In this document: positions 42,196 through 56,118 of the stretch, in pieces
Layout: every line of letters starts with the position of its first letter
Numbering within the stretch: the stretch's first letter is position 1
Assembly (NCBI RefSeq): GCF_009834535.1
Contig: NC_045696.1
Coordinates: forward strand, 57,724,001-57,788,000
Reading direction: 5' to 3'
DNA from: Camelus ferus
Lineage: Eukaryota
DNA length: 64,000 bases
Translations under genes and position numbers: made by a program
The notes under the pieces: model-generated
What the model was told of the DNA's origin: nothing
Databases searched by the model: none
The model's input: only the letters and a program-made list of their open reading frames with translations

Positions 42196-45100
42196 TAGCA
42201 GTTCACTGTGTAATAAAGCAAATTTGGGCTGATCCAGGCAAGACAGATAAAGTAGTTACCTCAAAGAAAATAAATGAGGTCACTAGATATAGCTTTGGAT
42301 TCAAATTGCCATTTCAAACGCCTGAGCAACTGACTTCTGCAAAACTGATATTTAATTTGATTATGTGTTTAAAGCCTTGGGCTCAACTATTCTTTAGTCC
42401 AAGAATTAAGCTATAGTCAAGATGGGGACTTTCAGTTGCTTACAACAGAAAATCCAAATCAAACTGGCTCAAACAAAAGAAGGAACATTATTAGTAGCTC
42501 GTAATTCTGAAAATCTTGGAAATATTCCAGGTGTAACTAGATGCTCTCATCTTCATCTCTTGATGCCTTATTCCTTGGGGTTAGCAATTTTCAGCCTGCA
42601 GCAGCTTCAAGCACATTAAATCCTTACTGCTTGGCTCTCCTTACTTCCCAGGATCTCTTGTAAAAGTCCAGAAACTATTTCGATTGGCCAGTCTGCGATT
42701 ACATAGCTATCCCTGAAGCTGGGAGTGAAGTCCTCCCAAACTACTTAGACTGAAAGTAAGAGTAAGAGTGGATCCCCACAGGGAAATCAGTGCTACTGCC
42801 AAAATGAGGAGGGAGGAAGAAGCAAGGTGGCCAAAGTAAAAAGTAGCCCCTGCACAGACACCTCAGCTGACCCTGGTACAGGCAAGTATGTGTCCTCCTG
42901 GCTCACACATGGTCTGGCCCAATTCATCCAGTTGAGGAGACAGATAGGAAAATAGAGTTAGAGTTATGGGGAGGAGTAACGTGTGGGCATGGGCCAAAGT
43001 GTCCTATGTGCTTGCCGTAAGTCTCCTTTAAGCCTCAGGAACTCAGGCAGTTGGGTGGGCATTCTGGTATTTAAGATCTTGTCCGTGTCTCTGTCAAGAG
43101 ATGGACCAGCAATTATTCACTGTCATTATTGAGACCAACAAGGAAACCTGTCATCCGTACAATCCATACAATCTAATCCAAGTATCTCAGCCTGGAATTC
43201 CATTCTCACCTTCTGTCAATTCTCTTATAAGCCAGTCGGTCTGGCACCTCCCCACAAAGCCCTTGTGAGTTTTTGGCATAGCACCTCTGTTTAGATCATA
43301 TCCCACACTGGAAGGGCCATCAGTTTTTGTCTCCTCTATCAATGTCCACTGCAAACTTTTAACTGTTTCAAAATTTGCTTTCTCCTGGAAGTATTTTCAT
43401 ATCATCCCCATGTAAACTTTCTGACCATTCTTTCTTCCTCATTTTTACCATTACATATGTCCAGTTTAAACTTTCATAGCTCTTCAGTTGACTGAAATAG
43501 TTTCTTATCAATTAAACTTCTGATTAAACAAAGTTAATCACAATTTCTTTTTTTGTTGTTGTTGATCTTTTCTCTCCCTAAAATTTATCAATCAGCTCAT
43601 ATGCCTTAAAAGTAACACTAACAGGTAACTTAAGAGCGCACAATGCACAATTCCCTCCTGACCCCCACGGAGACCCCAAGCCCTCCTCACACTGCTCCTC
43701 AGCTGTCTCTTCATTCCAACTCTTCCACTGTGCTCTGAGCTTCATAAGAGCAGGAACTATGTCTGTATTGTTCAGCATCATGTCCAGAACACTTGGCACC
43801 TGAATATGTGTCAAATGAATGAATGAATAGCAACCTAGCTGATTTGACCTGCCAACACAAGCTAGAGTCCTGTGCAGAGAATTGTTCAACCCAATAACCC
43901 ATCTTTAAATCAATCACCCTGGCCGGGATATTCTAGGCTCTGATTGGAAAAGCCTGTGTCCATACCCAGCAATCAAATGTAAATAGAACATTGTGTAAGT
44001 AAGCATGGAACCACTTGCTTCCTTCTCTCAGGATGATGGCACATGAGGCATGCTTCCTGCTTTCCCCCACCAACCACTCACTAGTCAAAAAACAGGTGTG
44101 CATGATGAAAGAACCATGGTGATAACAGAAGGCAAATGGAATCAATCTTTCCAGGAATGGCTGGTACTGCTGGGGTTTGGAGGAAGGGGATGAATACAGA
44201 GCCAGAGGAGATGGAGGGGAGATAAGAAAAGATGACTGAGGTTAGAGAAGGGAATGGGTCCTGGTTCTTTTCAACACTCTTAGCACAGGAAGTGGCCAGG
44301 AAGCAGTAGGCTGCTTATCTGTGTGAACTGTCCTTCGTTATATGGGTAAATGGGGTTCTTTGTGCACTCCCTCCCATTTTCCCTTTGTGCTAAGAAATGA
44401 TGTCCTGTGTAAGCATTGGAAATTCTAGTTTCTAGTCTTTGGCTTAATTCAGTTGACCCTTAGAGTATGTAACAAGAGGTGATTCCCATTTGTGCTTACA
44501 ATGAGCAATAGTTTGACTTCTAAATCCTTTAGAGGAAATACCCTAAAAGGCCACAAGATGGAAATATTACCACATGAGAGCTAATATGTGGGCCTCTAAG
44601 TGTATGCATGTTATACGCGTTTGTCCCTCTTTTAGTATGTCTTTCTCAGTGCTTAGTTTTTTTTGTGAGCCTGTGTCTCTTTGTATATTATCTTACATGT
44701 TTAAATTAAGTCTTTCTTTTAACTTTTTTCCTTTCTCTCCCTTTATTTATTTTTTTCTTTCTCCTCAAATTTCTCCCCAAATAAAACAATTTATAGGCAT
44801 ATGATACAGAGTTAAAATCTCAAGTATAATTTTGTATTTTCTTTTTTAATAGAGATATTAATTTCTTCTTTTAAAAGTCTGAAAGAAGAATGTTCTCTCC
44901 AGGGGGGAAATCTAAATTATTGTGTAGCTTGTGTCACTTTTTTGTGGGTCAGTGAATTTCAATTTAAAGATTTCCTATCATTGCTTTTAAGGGTGGAATG
45001 GTTTCCATCACTACCTTCCCTGTTATGCAGGGTATTATGCAGAAAATCAGGTACAAGTCAACTTGCCAAAAGAGATATTAAAGATGCCTAAAGAGATGAA

Positions 45101-46053
45101 TTAGTAAACAGATAACTGATTATTAATGGACAAGGCACAAATTTTGACTGGAAGAATGCAACACTCATGTGATTTCATTTATACACCTGCTGTAACGATG
45201 AAACACTACAATATTGTGCAGATTAGGACTTGAAGTAAGGAGGAAAATAAAGGACAGTCATTTGAGATAGGTCTTGAAGGATGGATTAGGATGTGTGGAA
45301 AGGATCTATTCCTTAAAGGAAATGTCAAATGCAAAGGCAAATACATACAGCAACACTGGTGAATCACAAAAACATGCTGAGCAAAAAAATCCAGACTGAA
45401 AAAACAAGAGTACAAAGTGTATCATGCAATTTATATGATATTCTCTCTCTAATGATAGAAAGAAAACAGATCAGCGGTGGCCTAGGGATGCACATGGGGT
45501 GAGAATTTACTTGGAAGGGACATCAGGGAACCTTTTGGGTTGACGGTAGTGGTGGTTACACAGGCATATACATTCACCAAGACTCAGAACTATACTCTTA
45601 AAATGGGTCCATTTCATGATATGTAAACTATACCCTCAGTCAGGCTGATTAAAAATGGAAAACAGTAGAAAGTCCCCAGGGTGGGGAAGTGCAGGTCATG
45701 CATCGAGATCTGGGTGCCATTCAGGGTGGACCACGTTTCCAATTATAGCTTCTTCTATTACCATGTCTCTACCATCCCATTTTTAAAGTATGTCCAACCT
45801 AAATGGTACACTAGACAACCTGTTATAACTAGAGATAGATAACCTGATAGACAGGCTGTTTAATCAGACTCCTACACCTTTGCAGGTTGCATTACAGTCT
45901 CATGGTTGAGAATTTGGACTCTCGAAGCCAGACTAACTGGATTTAAATCCCAGTTGCTACCTAACAGCTGTATGGCCTTGAGTGGTCACTCAGTGTGCCT
46001 GTGCCTCCCTCTCCTCATCTGAAAAATAGAGATAGTGAAACTTACTAGTTTAA

Positions 46054-46140
46054 GGGGGAGGGTATAGCTTGGCGGTGGAGCACTTGCTTAGCCTGCATGA
46101 GGTCCGGGGTTCAATCCCCAGCACCTCCATTTAAAAAAAA
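46054..46140 (+). mobile_element. tRNA-derived SINE (vic-1-like) inserted in a MIR
   Basis: Same consensus as the 50627 copy, poly(A) tail; degenerate TSD gaaacttactagttta / gaaatgtattagttta. Confidence 0.88.
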
Positions 46141-47129
46141 GAAATGTATTAGTTTATTATGAGAATGACATAGTATGTATAGTTAATATGTATAGAGTGC
46201 TTAGGATACTGCCTATACATAATAAACTATTTTTAAAAATCTATTTTGGCCTTTTTTAATTTTAAAAAGAAAAGAAAGGCTCATCCCTCATGCAGTTAGT
46301 CTGAGTTACTTTGTTACAGCTAATTGAATAATTCTGGTTCTCTCTGTATTAAGAGACTTCCAGACCTACATTTCAGGTGTTGGTGGCATCCCACTGTCAT
46401 CATTCTTACATGGAACAGTGATGTTGGGACTGACCCCTTCTCTTCAGAAAATTCCCTGCTGTTACTTCAACATTATTACACTATGGTGATTCCAACTTTC
46501 CTTTTCCTCAAGAAAGTGCTGGAAGTTTTATAATCCATTTATTCCATGTGTTGAATGGTTACTGAGAATTAAATGTACACCTATAACCGAAAACACGACA
46601 AGCAAAATATAATACTGAGCTGCCACTTTCTAAAAAAACCACAAAGGAAATATTTCCCCAGAAAAGCCCAAGAATCTTCTTTTTCCTTTGTGAAGAGAAA
46701 GTTAGTATTTTATCCTATGAAAACTATGATTCTTCTGATACGTCGATCCTCCCACTCTTAAGGTAAAATCTTCCAGCACAGTTTATAAAAGTTCTAATAT
46801 TTCCATTTCCTTGGTTGCCAGTTTGTTTGAATCTCAAGGTTTACTTTTTGAATCAGAAGAAAACAACTTAGGTTACATTTATACCTCAAAGAGAGAAATT
46901 GTGTTAGCCCTTAATCCCATGGTATAATTTTAAGTATTCTGCTTTTTAATATGCAGGTTTAAGTTCAGCCAATTATATAAAAGCCTAATTTTTATGATGC
47001 TTAATGGTAAGATTTTCAAAAAGTGAATCCTAAGTCTTTTCACTTTATCTGAAAAATCTTTTGTTTCTTGCTTATTTGTTTTTGAGTATAGAACATAGAT
47101 GTTTATGTTTTCAGTCTGAATCTTCAAGA

Positions 47130-47790
47130 CTAGTTCAGCCCAATTGCACTGGCTAGAACCTCCAGTAAAATGTTGTATAGGTATAGTGAGAAGGGACATT
47201 CTTGTTCCTGATCTTAGGGGGAAGGCATTCAGTCTTGCACCATTAAGTGTGGTGTTAACTGTAGGTTTTACATAGATGCCTTTTATAGAGTTTAGAAATA
47301 TCCTTTTTATTTCTAAATTATTGAGAGCTTCTTATCAGGAATGGAAGTTAGATGTTATCAAATACTTTTTTTGTATCTATTCAGATGATCATCCAGTTTC
47401 TCTTCTGTAGCATCTTAATGAAGTCAGATGTTAAACCAACCTTGCACTCCTAGGATAAACTCTACTTGGTTACAGTGTGTTTTCCTTTTTGTAACCAGAG
47501 AATTTGATTTTCTAAAAGTTGGTCAAGAAAATTTGCTTCTATATTCATAAGGGATATTGGTCAGTAGTTTTACTTTCTTATAATGTCTCTTCTAGTTTTG
47601 ATATCTGAGTAATTCTAGTTTCATAGAATGAGTTGGGAAGTATTGCCTCCTTTTCAATGTTCTGGAAGAGTTTGTGGAGAATTGGCATTACTTCTTCCCA
47701 AATATTTGGCAGAATTCATCAGTGAAGCCACTTTGGGCTGGATTTCTTTGTGGGAAAATTTTGAACTGCATATTCAATTTCTTTCATAGA
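47130..47790 (-). mobile_element. Old L1M ORF2 fragment
   Basis: gttcctgatcttagggggaaggcattcagtcttgcaccattaagt; ttcatagaatgagttgggaagtattgcctcc. Confidence 0.75.
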
Positions 47791-48229
47791 TAAATTTATT
47801 CTCTTTTAACTTTTAATACAGATACCACATTGACCTTATTTTTCTCATCTGTCCTCAGACTGGTGAAAACCTCATCATGGACACCATTTGACAAACCTGA
47901 CAGTGTTGGTTTAATGTCTACTCTATTAACCTAACATTCAATAGACATTAGTTTGAGTAGCCATTAAAATTCAGACCCTCTGCACATCATTGGGAATACA
48001 GAAAGGAATAAGACAGCACCTGCTTTAGAGGAGTCTGTCTAATAAATTGTGGGTATAAAACTTGTAGGCACAAAGATTCCAGGGTGCTTTCTTTTCTGAA
48101 TAAGATGTTTGCGCTACTGACTGTTACCTTCTACCTGTCTGTAATCCTGTTTGAGGCCAGAGTTGCCATGTCTCATTAGTAAATTCTCAACACTTAAAAT
48201 GAGTCATATACTTAAAATCCCTTTTCATA

Positions 48230-49035
48230 CCTTCTTTTTTGTAACAGCTTTATCGCGGTATAAGTCACATGACATGCAGTTCACCTTTAAAGTGTACAAC
48301 TCTGGTTTTTTCATATATTCACTGAGTTTTAAAACCATAACCACAATTAACTTCAGAACATTTTCACCATATCAAAAAGAAACCTCATACCCTTTAGCTG
48401 TCACTCCCTTCTGCCTCACCCCCACCTCCCTTCTTAAATAACCACTAATCTACTTTTTGTATCTATATATTTGGACTTTTTATATAAATGGAATCAAAAT
48501 ATGTGGTCTTTTGTGACTGACTTCTTCCACTTAGCCTGTCTTCAGGATTCATCTATGTTGTAGCATTTATCAGTACTTCATGTCTTTTTATACATCCAGT
48601 ATCCCATTGTATGAATACAACACATTTTATTTACCCATTCATCTAATTGGTGGGCATTTAGGTTGCTCCCACTTTTGAGTTACTATGAATGATGCTGCTG
48701 TGAACATTCTAGTAAAAGTTTTTGTGTGGACATATGTTTTCATTTTCCTTGGGTATACACATAGGAGTGAAATTGCTGGGTTGGATGGAAACTCTATGTT
48801 TAACTTTTTAAGGAAGTGCCAGATTATTTTCAAAAGTGACTGCACTATTTTACATCCCACCAGCATCGTATGGAAGATTCTGATTTCTCTACATTCTTTT
48901 CTCTCTCTCTCTCTTTTTTTTTAATGGAGGTGCTGGGGATTGAACCCAGGACCTTCTGCATGCTAAGCACATGCTCTACGACTGAGCTATACCCTCCCCC
49001 ACTCTATATTCTTATCAACACTTACTGTTACCTGA
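48230..49035 (-). mobile_element. L1MB-type 3' region
   Basis: ORF 48639-48866(-) is a decayed ORF2 C-terminus (KLNIEFPSNPAISLLCVYPRKMKTYVHTKT...WEQPKCP). Confidence 0.85.
48914..49000 (-). mobile_element. tRNA-derived SINE (vic-1-like) inserted in an older L1
   Basis: Reverse complement of the same consensus (ggggattgaacccagg...ctgagctataccctcccc); TSD ctctacattctt / ctctatattctt. Confidence 0.88.
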
Positions 49036-50626
49036 TCCTGTGCCTTTGGATAGGAAATCTAGCCTCTTTGCCTTGACTGCTCTTTGCCTATCAATTTTAT
49101 TGCCTTTTGTTCTCACAAATTTTGAGAACTTTGTCTCTTCATTGCCCCCATAATACTTTATTCTTAGCTCGATATCTTTGCCCTTGTTGTACCCACTATT
49201 TTTAACACCTTTTTTTCCCTTTATCCTTTGCCAATCTACATTTCTACCTCAAGGCTTTGATGACCGTTTCAGCCCTGTGTCATTTCCAGCTCCCCTGAGT
49301 TTTATCTGTACTTGGAGTTGTTACCCCACGAGTTAGGCATTAACTGTGCTTTATCTTGCACTGTTTGCTATTTCACCCCATGTGTCTCATATCTTACTTC
49401 CCTAATCCATATGTAAACTCCAGGAGGACTATATTGCTGCATCTTGTGCTGCTGTAGCCAAGTTCAGGACACAGAGTGGATTTTCTATAAATATTTGTTG
49501 ACTGATTGTAACAGTATACAAATCTAACCTTGTATTTATAATGAGTTTTTTAAATAGAAACTTTTAAAAAATGATTTTGATTGGTTCCCTTTTCTTTCCA
49601 GGCAGGATAGGGTTGAATTTGTTAGACTGTGCCAACAGCAATGCAGGTGGATTATAGCCAGTGATGATCTTTGAGTCACTTTCCTGTCCAATCTGACCAG
49701 TGTGGAAGATGGCCATTTAATTATGAAATGACCTTGTTTCAGTTCCCATTCCTATCCACCCACTGTGCCTGGAGAGTTTTATTGCAGAGAATCTGTAGAC
49801 TGAGGAAAGGAGATGGGGAGTTTGTTCCCTGGCGTAGTAAGAACCAAGGAATTGACACCTGGTTAGGAGGAAGAAAATTTATGCTAACTACCCTAACTTT
49901 ACTGCTATATATGCTTTTTAAAGTATTCTTCAGACAAGAATGATGCTTTTTAAAGAGTAGATGGGAAAAATGAGGTTCTGAGTGCTGCAAGAGGGGTCAG
50001 CCTTGTAGAGCAGAAAGAACACATGTTCCTCTAAGGGAAGGAGATGTATCAGGACCAGAATGTGTTAGGGTAGAGACAAAGGATGTACCCCACTGTACAA
50101 GAGGAGATCAGGTCATCCCAAGAGCAAGAGGGAGAAGGGAGGAGAGTTGGGGGTATAAGAAGGGAGTGTGTCTGGGGCACCACCACTCTACAGACTGTTT
50201 TAAGGGCTCAGTAAAAAATGAAGGGAAAAATGTAAGATTGATGACCACTCGGGAAGACTCAAGAGAATACGGGTGGCATGAACCCTTAGTAGGCTTCATT
50301 CTCCATCTTTTTTGAGGTTCGCTGAGTAGCTCTATCTGCAGAAAAGAAGAGCCAGTAGCAAGGAGTGAGGGATCACCTCCATCCTTGGGCCTGGGACAAA
50401 AGTCAGGATAGCCAGGGTCCACCAGGGTAGCAGTGAAGACACAAAAGGAGTAACCACACACAGCAGTCTAGGTGAGACACCCTGGGTGCCGTGCCTGTGC
50501 ACACATGTGGCTGGCCACAGACTCTTTCCCCCAGCTCTTCCCAGAGCTGTTCATGAGCAAATTCAGATGACTCCTTTTCCTTATTTAATTTTCCTTACAA
50601 TAAATGTTTATCTTAAAGTCAATACA

Positions 50627-50720
50627 GGGGAGAGGGTATAGCTCAGTGGTAGAGTTCATGCTTAGCATGCATGAGGTCCTGGGTTCAATCCCCAGTACCT
50701 CCAAAAATTAAAAAATAAAA
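50627..50720 (+). mobile_element. tRNA-derived SINE (camelid vic-1-like)
   Basis: ggggagagggtatagctcagtggtagag (A box)...gggttcaatcccc (B box), A-rich tail; TSD taaagtc(aa/tg)taca at 50614-50626 and 50721-50733. Confidence 0.9.
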
Positions 50721-52179
50721 TAAAGTCTGTACAGATATAAACTGTTTAAAAAAAAATCAATATCATCTGTGGAGTGGAACATGAAAGGTGTCCTTTGTCA
50801 CACAGATGGATAATAAGTGCTGGCCCAAACTTTTCCCCAGTGTCAGATTAGATGCTGGTTTTGTAGGTACCTTAAAACTAATGCTGAAAGGGAGAGGTAT
50901 CTCTAAATATACTCCTGGAGCTGCCAAACCATGGAGCAGAGAGGAGTTCGTGTAGAGCTTGGAGATTCCCAGCAGCCTCTCTGGCCCACCCTCTCATCCC
51001 ACAGGTGAGGAAGGGCACTCAGGGCCAGAGAATGAGAAAGCCCCGTGTGTCATGAGTATGGTGGGAGCCAGCACCCCGGCTCTCACCGTCTGCACTCCGT
51101 GTGTTTTACTCTCTTGGTACCTCCGTGACCCCTGACACTGGGCAGGTCCCGCATGAAAGATAAGTTGCCAAGTGCCCACCGCCTCCTCTTGATCCGAGTC
51201 AGGGGCACACAGGAAGCAGAGGCGGGAGCCTAATGATGCCACAGCGGAGCAGAGATGCTGCGAGCACAGACTTTGCACCACTGGCTAGCTGTGTGATCCT
51301 GGACTGGATACTTCTGTTTTCTGTGCCTTGATTGCTCCAACAATAAAATGGGGGTAATAGTACTATTTGCCGTGAAGATTAGATAATGAATATACACGTA
51401 TTTAGCATTGCGCCTCAAAAGGAGTAAAATGACTAGTAAAGTTTATTAATTATTATCATTACTTGTTTTGTCAAAGGGCTTTGTGACCCATAAAAATTAA
51501 TGGATTGGCCATGCTTATTACAATAATGGCCAGGGCTCCACTAACAGCCTCATTTCTTTCTTCCTTCCACCCCTCTCTCTGTGATTTTTGGCAGCAAAAC
51601 ACTTTCACAGAACCAGTAGCACAGGGAAAGATGGAACAGAGCATGACAGTACTTAGTGCCTCTGCTCTGTCCAAGCTCTTCTCAGAAAACACCAGGAACG
51701 GCTCTGGCTTACAAACCATGTCCCTCCTGGGCACCACTGGGTGATGGTGCACATGCAAAAGCCTTGATCTGCCCAGTGGCCATGGTGAGATGTACTCCTT
51801 TTCCTTTCCTGACTTCAAGAAAGTGTTTCTGTTACGGAAACGACAGGCCAGTCAAGAAACAAGCACCACTCGGAGGGTTGGAGTACTCAGATGTATTATG
51901 CCGGCGGGCTCAGAGGGGCTTCTGCTCCAAAGCTCTGAGCACCTCCAAGATGTGCGCATGAGGTTTTATAGGGTGAAGTACAAGCTTGGGGTATTAGGCC
52001 AATAGGCATGGAACAGCTTTAGCAGAAGCATTATCATCACAAAAGTGGAGGTGGGGAGGCAACAAACCAACATTCCAAAGCCAGATATGTATCTTTGAAA
52101 ACCCAGCTGGCTAGCAAAAAACATGAACAGAAAACCAACACTAATTAACCTAGATTTACAAGTTAGTCTAGCAGAACTC

Positions 52180-52281
52180 AGATCTGTGAGTTATCTTGTT
52201 AGCCCAGCCCAGCCTCTCCTTCACATTCCTAGACCTGTGAGTTATCTTGTTAGATCAGCCCAGCTTTTCCTTCACATTTCG
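52180..52281. repeat. Tandem duplication, 2 x 51 bp, ~7 mismatches
   Basis: aga(t/c)ctgtgagttatcttgttag..cagcccagc..ccttcacatt starting at 52180 and 52231. Confidence 0.9.
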
Positions 52282-52496
52282 AGTACCAAGTAAAGTCCAT
52301 AGCTTACCTGGGCTGTACCTAATACATGCAAGTACCTTGGTGTGAATTTTAAAAAGACTCCTCTTCCTCAAGTCATGTTCCTTCCTATTTGTTTGAAAAA
52401 GATAGTTTACTGTCTTTGTGCAGTGCACAACCTACACAACCATACGTGGCAGCCCTGTAGCTTGTATTCAGAATATTTATCTCTGTTCCTCTTTAG

Positions 52497-52742
<246 letters not shown>

Positions 52743-53106
52743 TAGGACACCAGATGCCTCCAATAAGGCAGAAACTGTGATGGGCTTTGGGAGGAACTTG
52801 GGCTTCACTGCTAGACTTCCGGAATCATGAATCCACTTCCCTCAACTCACTAACTGTATTGCCAGGGCTCCCTATGAAATCCATGAGTATTTAGTGTACA
52901 GAGGAGAATCCTTAGAACCTGAGCCCCATGCTTATTATATTGAAACAGTTTTGTTCTTAACAAATCTGACTCCTTAGCTGATAATAGTTTCCTTGATTAA
53001 AACTTTGCATTTGCCTTTCTATTAACACCTTTGAGTATCTTGGACCACTTTTTATAACATGAAAAAGATTCAACTTTATCAACCAAAAGCTTAAAACAAA
53101 AGGTAA

Positions 53107-53157
53107 AGTTTTTTGGTTTTGGTTTTGGGTTTGTTTTATTTTGTTTTGTTTTGTTTT
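53107..53157. repeat. (GTTTT)n-like simple repeat
   Basis: gttttttggttttggttttgggtttgttttattttgttttgttttgtttt. Confidence 0.8.
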
Positions 53158-53319
53158 AAGAATAAGAAAAACTAATGAAACTCAAGTAAGAACAGTGGCA
53201 ATCTGTGGCATTTTAGCCTAGGGCTGCTCTCCAATTATTTCTAATAATTTGGTTTTTGATTTTTGTGGGTTTTCTATGTGAACAGTCATATCATCTGCAG
53301 TTTTATCAAAAATAACAGT

Positions 53320-53716
53320 TTTACAGAGGATGCTGCAGCCATCAAGCCATCAGCCATTGCAACCACCCCTGACTGTGCACCCTGAGGGGGGATTCAGGGT
53401 GAAGAAAAGCAGGATCCTGGCTGTAGATAGTTAAGTGCATATCAAAGGAAGGATTTCAATGAGCCCAGACTCTTGCATCTTCCCATACATTAAAAAAGTG
53501 CTAAATCCATTCATTTAAGGCATCTGTTTTTTCTTTAATCAACCATAATCTTTTGATGTTCTGACTACCTTGTTTTTGTTGCAAAAACTCCTCTAAATCC
53601 TGGCTCCTCCCTTACCTCTTCAGAGCAGTCCCTCAGAGCAATCTGAGAAACTGTTTTCTGGGCTTAAATCCTCAGAAAATTCCTCTGAATAGAACATAAT
53701 TCTCAACTTTTAAACA
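53320..53716 (+). mobile_element. ERV1-type LTR fragment nested in an old L1
   Basis: gaggatgctgcagccatcaagccatcagcc...cttgcatcttcccatacat...ccctcagagcaatctgaga resembles the reverse complement of parts of 16642-17932; boundaries approximate. Confidence 0.6.
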
Positions 53717-54229
53717 ATAAGTAAAGAAATGTTTTATTTAGCCCTTTCCAATATTTTTGCCCTTATTTTTCTTGTCTTGTGGCACTAGCTAGTAACTGCA
53801 GGGCAATGGATAATAATAGTGGTGATATTGGGCACCCTTGTTTTAAAGGAAATGCTTTTAATATATTATCTCATATAGAATGATGTTTACTCTAAGGATT
53901 TAATTTTTTTTTCAAGTTAAAGATATTTCTTCCTGTTCTCTTTCATTAAGTTTTTATCACTAGTTTGTGTTGAGTTTCATCAAATTTTTTTTATTCATTG
54001 ATGATCATATTTTTCTGTTTTAATTTATTACTGCAGTGCGTGACACTTACAGGACTTTCTAATAAATTTGTTTGCATTCCTGGCATAAGCCCAAAATGAC
54101 CATGATCATGGTGTATTTTCTTTTTTATGTCCTTTGAGTTTGCCTGTTCATTGTTTTAGTGTTTTTCATCTATTTTCAAGTAGTAGAAAATAGTTGTAGT
54201 CTTCCCATATCCTTTCAGATTCCTTACAC

Positions 54230-54690
54230 TTTGTATGTACCTTCAGGACTTTGGTGGATTTTTGCTTCCAATCACCAGAACTTGCTGCTCTTTTTCAGAA
54301 GACTGCCTGCGGGCTAGTGGAACCCACCCTGCCCACGGGTTCAGTGAGGCAAAGGAGAGCCTCAGAAGAGCCTAGGAATTTACATGTCCCTGAGGTGACC
54401 CTTAAGCTTTGAGTGGTGTGGAAGTGTGAAAGCCCTAGTCCTGTTCCTCAGGTCAGGACAGTTCTGGGGCATAACCTGCAGTCCAGAGCTCCCCTGGGGG
54501 ACCAGGCGGAAGCAGGGACTTCACTGGACATCACACCCTTGCTTGTCCTTCTGACTTCTATGTCCTACTTCCTCCATTCTCTATTCCTTTAGGAGGACTT
54601 TCTTCTTTTTTGTGAGGGAGGAAACTTCCTTTATAAATCACTTGGCCACAACTCGACTCAGCTCTGCTTCTGAAGACAACTTAAAATAAT
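54230..54690 (+). mobile_element. LTR16-like ERVL LTR
   Basis: ccagagctcccctgggggaccagg...ataaatcacttg...ctcagctctgcttctg motifs. Confidence 0.5.
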
Positions 54691-55769
54691 AAGATGGGGC
54701 TGTAAATTTTTTTTTCTTTTTCGTACTCTTCTTGTCTTGTTTTGGAATCAGGGTTATATTGGCCTTACAAGAATGAGTTAGAGGGTGTTCTTTTATCTTC
54801 CTAATCTTTGGTAGAGTTGGTTTAAGATTAGATTGATCTGTTCCCTGCAAGTTTAGTGTTACTTACCTGTGATGAACACAGGTTGATGGTCATCTCAGGT
54901 ATGACTACACGGTGGGGAGGAAGTAAGAGGAGAGAGGAGTGTATAAGTTAGATATAGGTTATTGTCCCGGTCCTAGTTTTGGTTTGGGGTGGTAGATATT
55001 AAAAATGACTTACCCAAAAGTGGTTCAAACATGAAGAAGTAATCATGGAAAGGAACAAAGATTATGATTAATCAAATTCTGTGCACCTGAAGTCCACTAA
55101 GGAAATAAATTAATTTAATTAAATCTATGTTATCTGAAATTAATGTAGCTACTGCAGCTTTCTTTCAGTTAGTAATTACCTGATATATTTTTCTGATCCA
55201 TTTACTTTCACCTCCTCCATGCCTGGCCTGTCTGCCTCACTGAGTTGCAAGATCTTGGAAATTACCCTGTAAAGCCTAAAATAAAATGGCAAGAATTGCA
55301 ATTCACTGCAAAGTTCAGAGGCTCATTTTCAAACAGATTTCCCCTTGTCTCAGCATCTCCCCTTGTGACTCTCCTTCTGTGTGTAGGTCCATGTCCCTGT
55401 GTCTTTTAGTTTGTCTCCAAGTTTTACTTCCATGAAGAGTGAACAGATATCTCATTCTGGGACTTGCAGAGGATGGAAGGGGACACTATTTAAGGAGGAT
55501 TTTTGTCACTGTGTAGACTCCCGATAATTAACCTTCCTAGAATCTCATTGGGGGGGGGGGTGCACCTGCACTTCCCATGGGAATCCCTGCCTTTCATAGA
55601 TAACAGGACCAAGGACCTCTGGATCTTCCTATGCCTGGAATGGGCCTGGAGTCTACCGCACTGATTCTAGTGGCAGTGTTAGAGCTTCTCCCTCTTAACA
55701 CGTGTAGGCGGAGCTGGAAGACTGATCCCGCAGCTGCAGCCCCTCACTGTTGTGCTTTCCATCCTCCAG

Positions 55770-55893
55770 GTGCCTTTCTCCAACTGCAGCCGAGACTGCT
55801 TGGCAGGGACTAGGAAAGGAATCATTGAAGGGGAGCCCACCTGCTGCTTTGAGTGTGTGGAGTGTCCCGATGGGGAGTACAGCGATGAGACAG
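55770..55893 (+). CDS. CASR: CASR exon 6 (cysteine-rich domain)
   Basis: ctttccatcctccag acceptor; [43 protein letters not shown] donor at 55894; 124 nt. Confidence 0.99.
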
Positions 55894-56003
55894 GTAAAGG
55901 AGCAGGCCCTCACGGACACCATGCAGGGCTCTGTCCACTTCGGGGCCCTGGAATCAGCAAAGTCCCTGGAAGGGCTGGGCTGAAATGGTGGTTAGCAGTT
56001 TCT

Positions 56004-56118
56004 TTTTTTGTTGTTGTTGTTTGTTTTTTGTTCTTCCATTTGTTCAGTTTTTTTTTTTTTTTACAATTTTTTATTGATTTATAATCATTTTACAATGTTG
56101 TGTCAAATTCCAGTGTAG
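56004..56118 (-). mobile_element. Extremely truncated L1 3' end (~50 bp plus tail) of the same family as 5350-6529
   Basis: tcattttacaatgttgtgtcaaattcca is shared with ~5382-5409; perfect TSD tagcagtttct at 55993-56003 and 56119-56129. Confidence 0.85.

Noticed and set aside
50627..50702. tRNA-Ala-like gene
   Set aside because: A-tail, TSDs and several diverged copies identify it as a SINE rather than a tRNA gene
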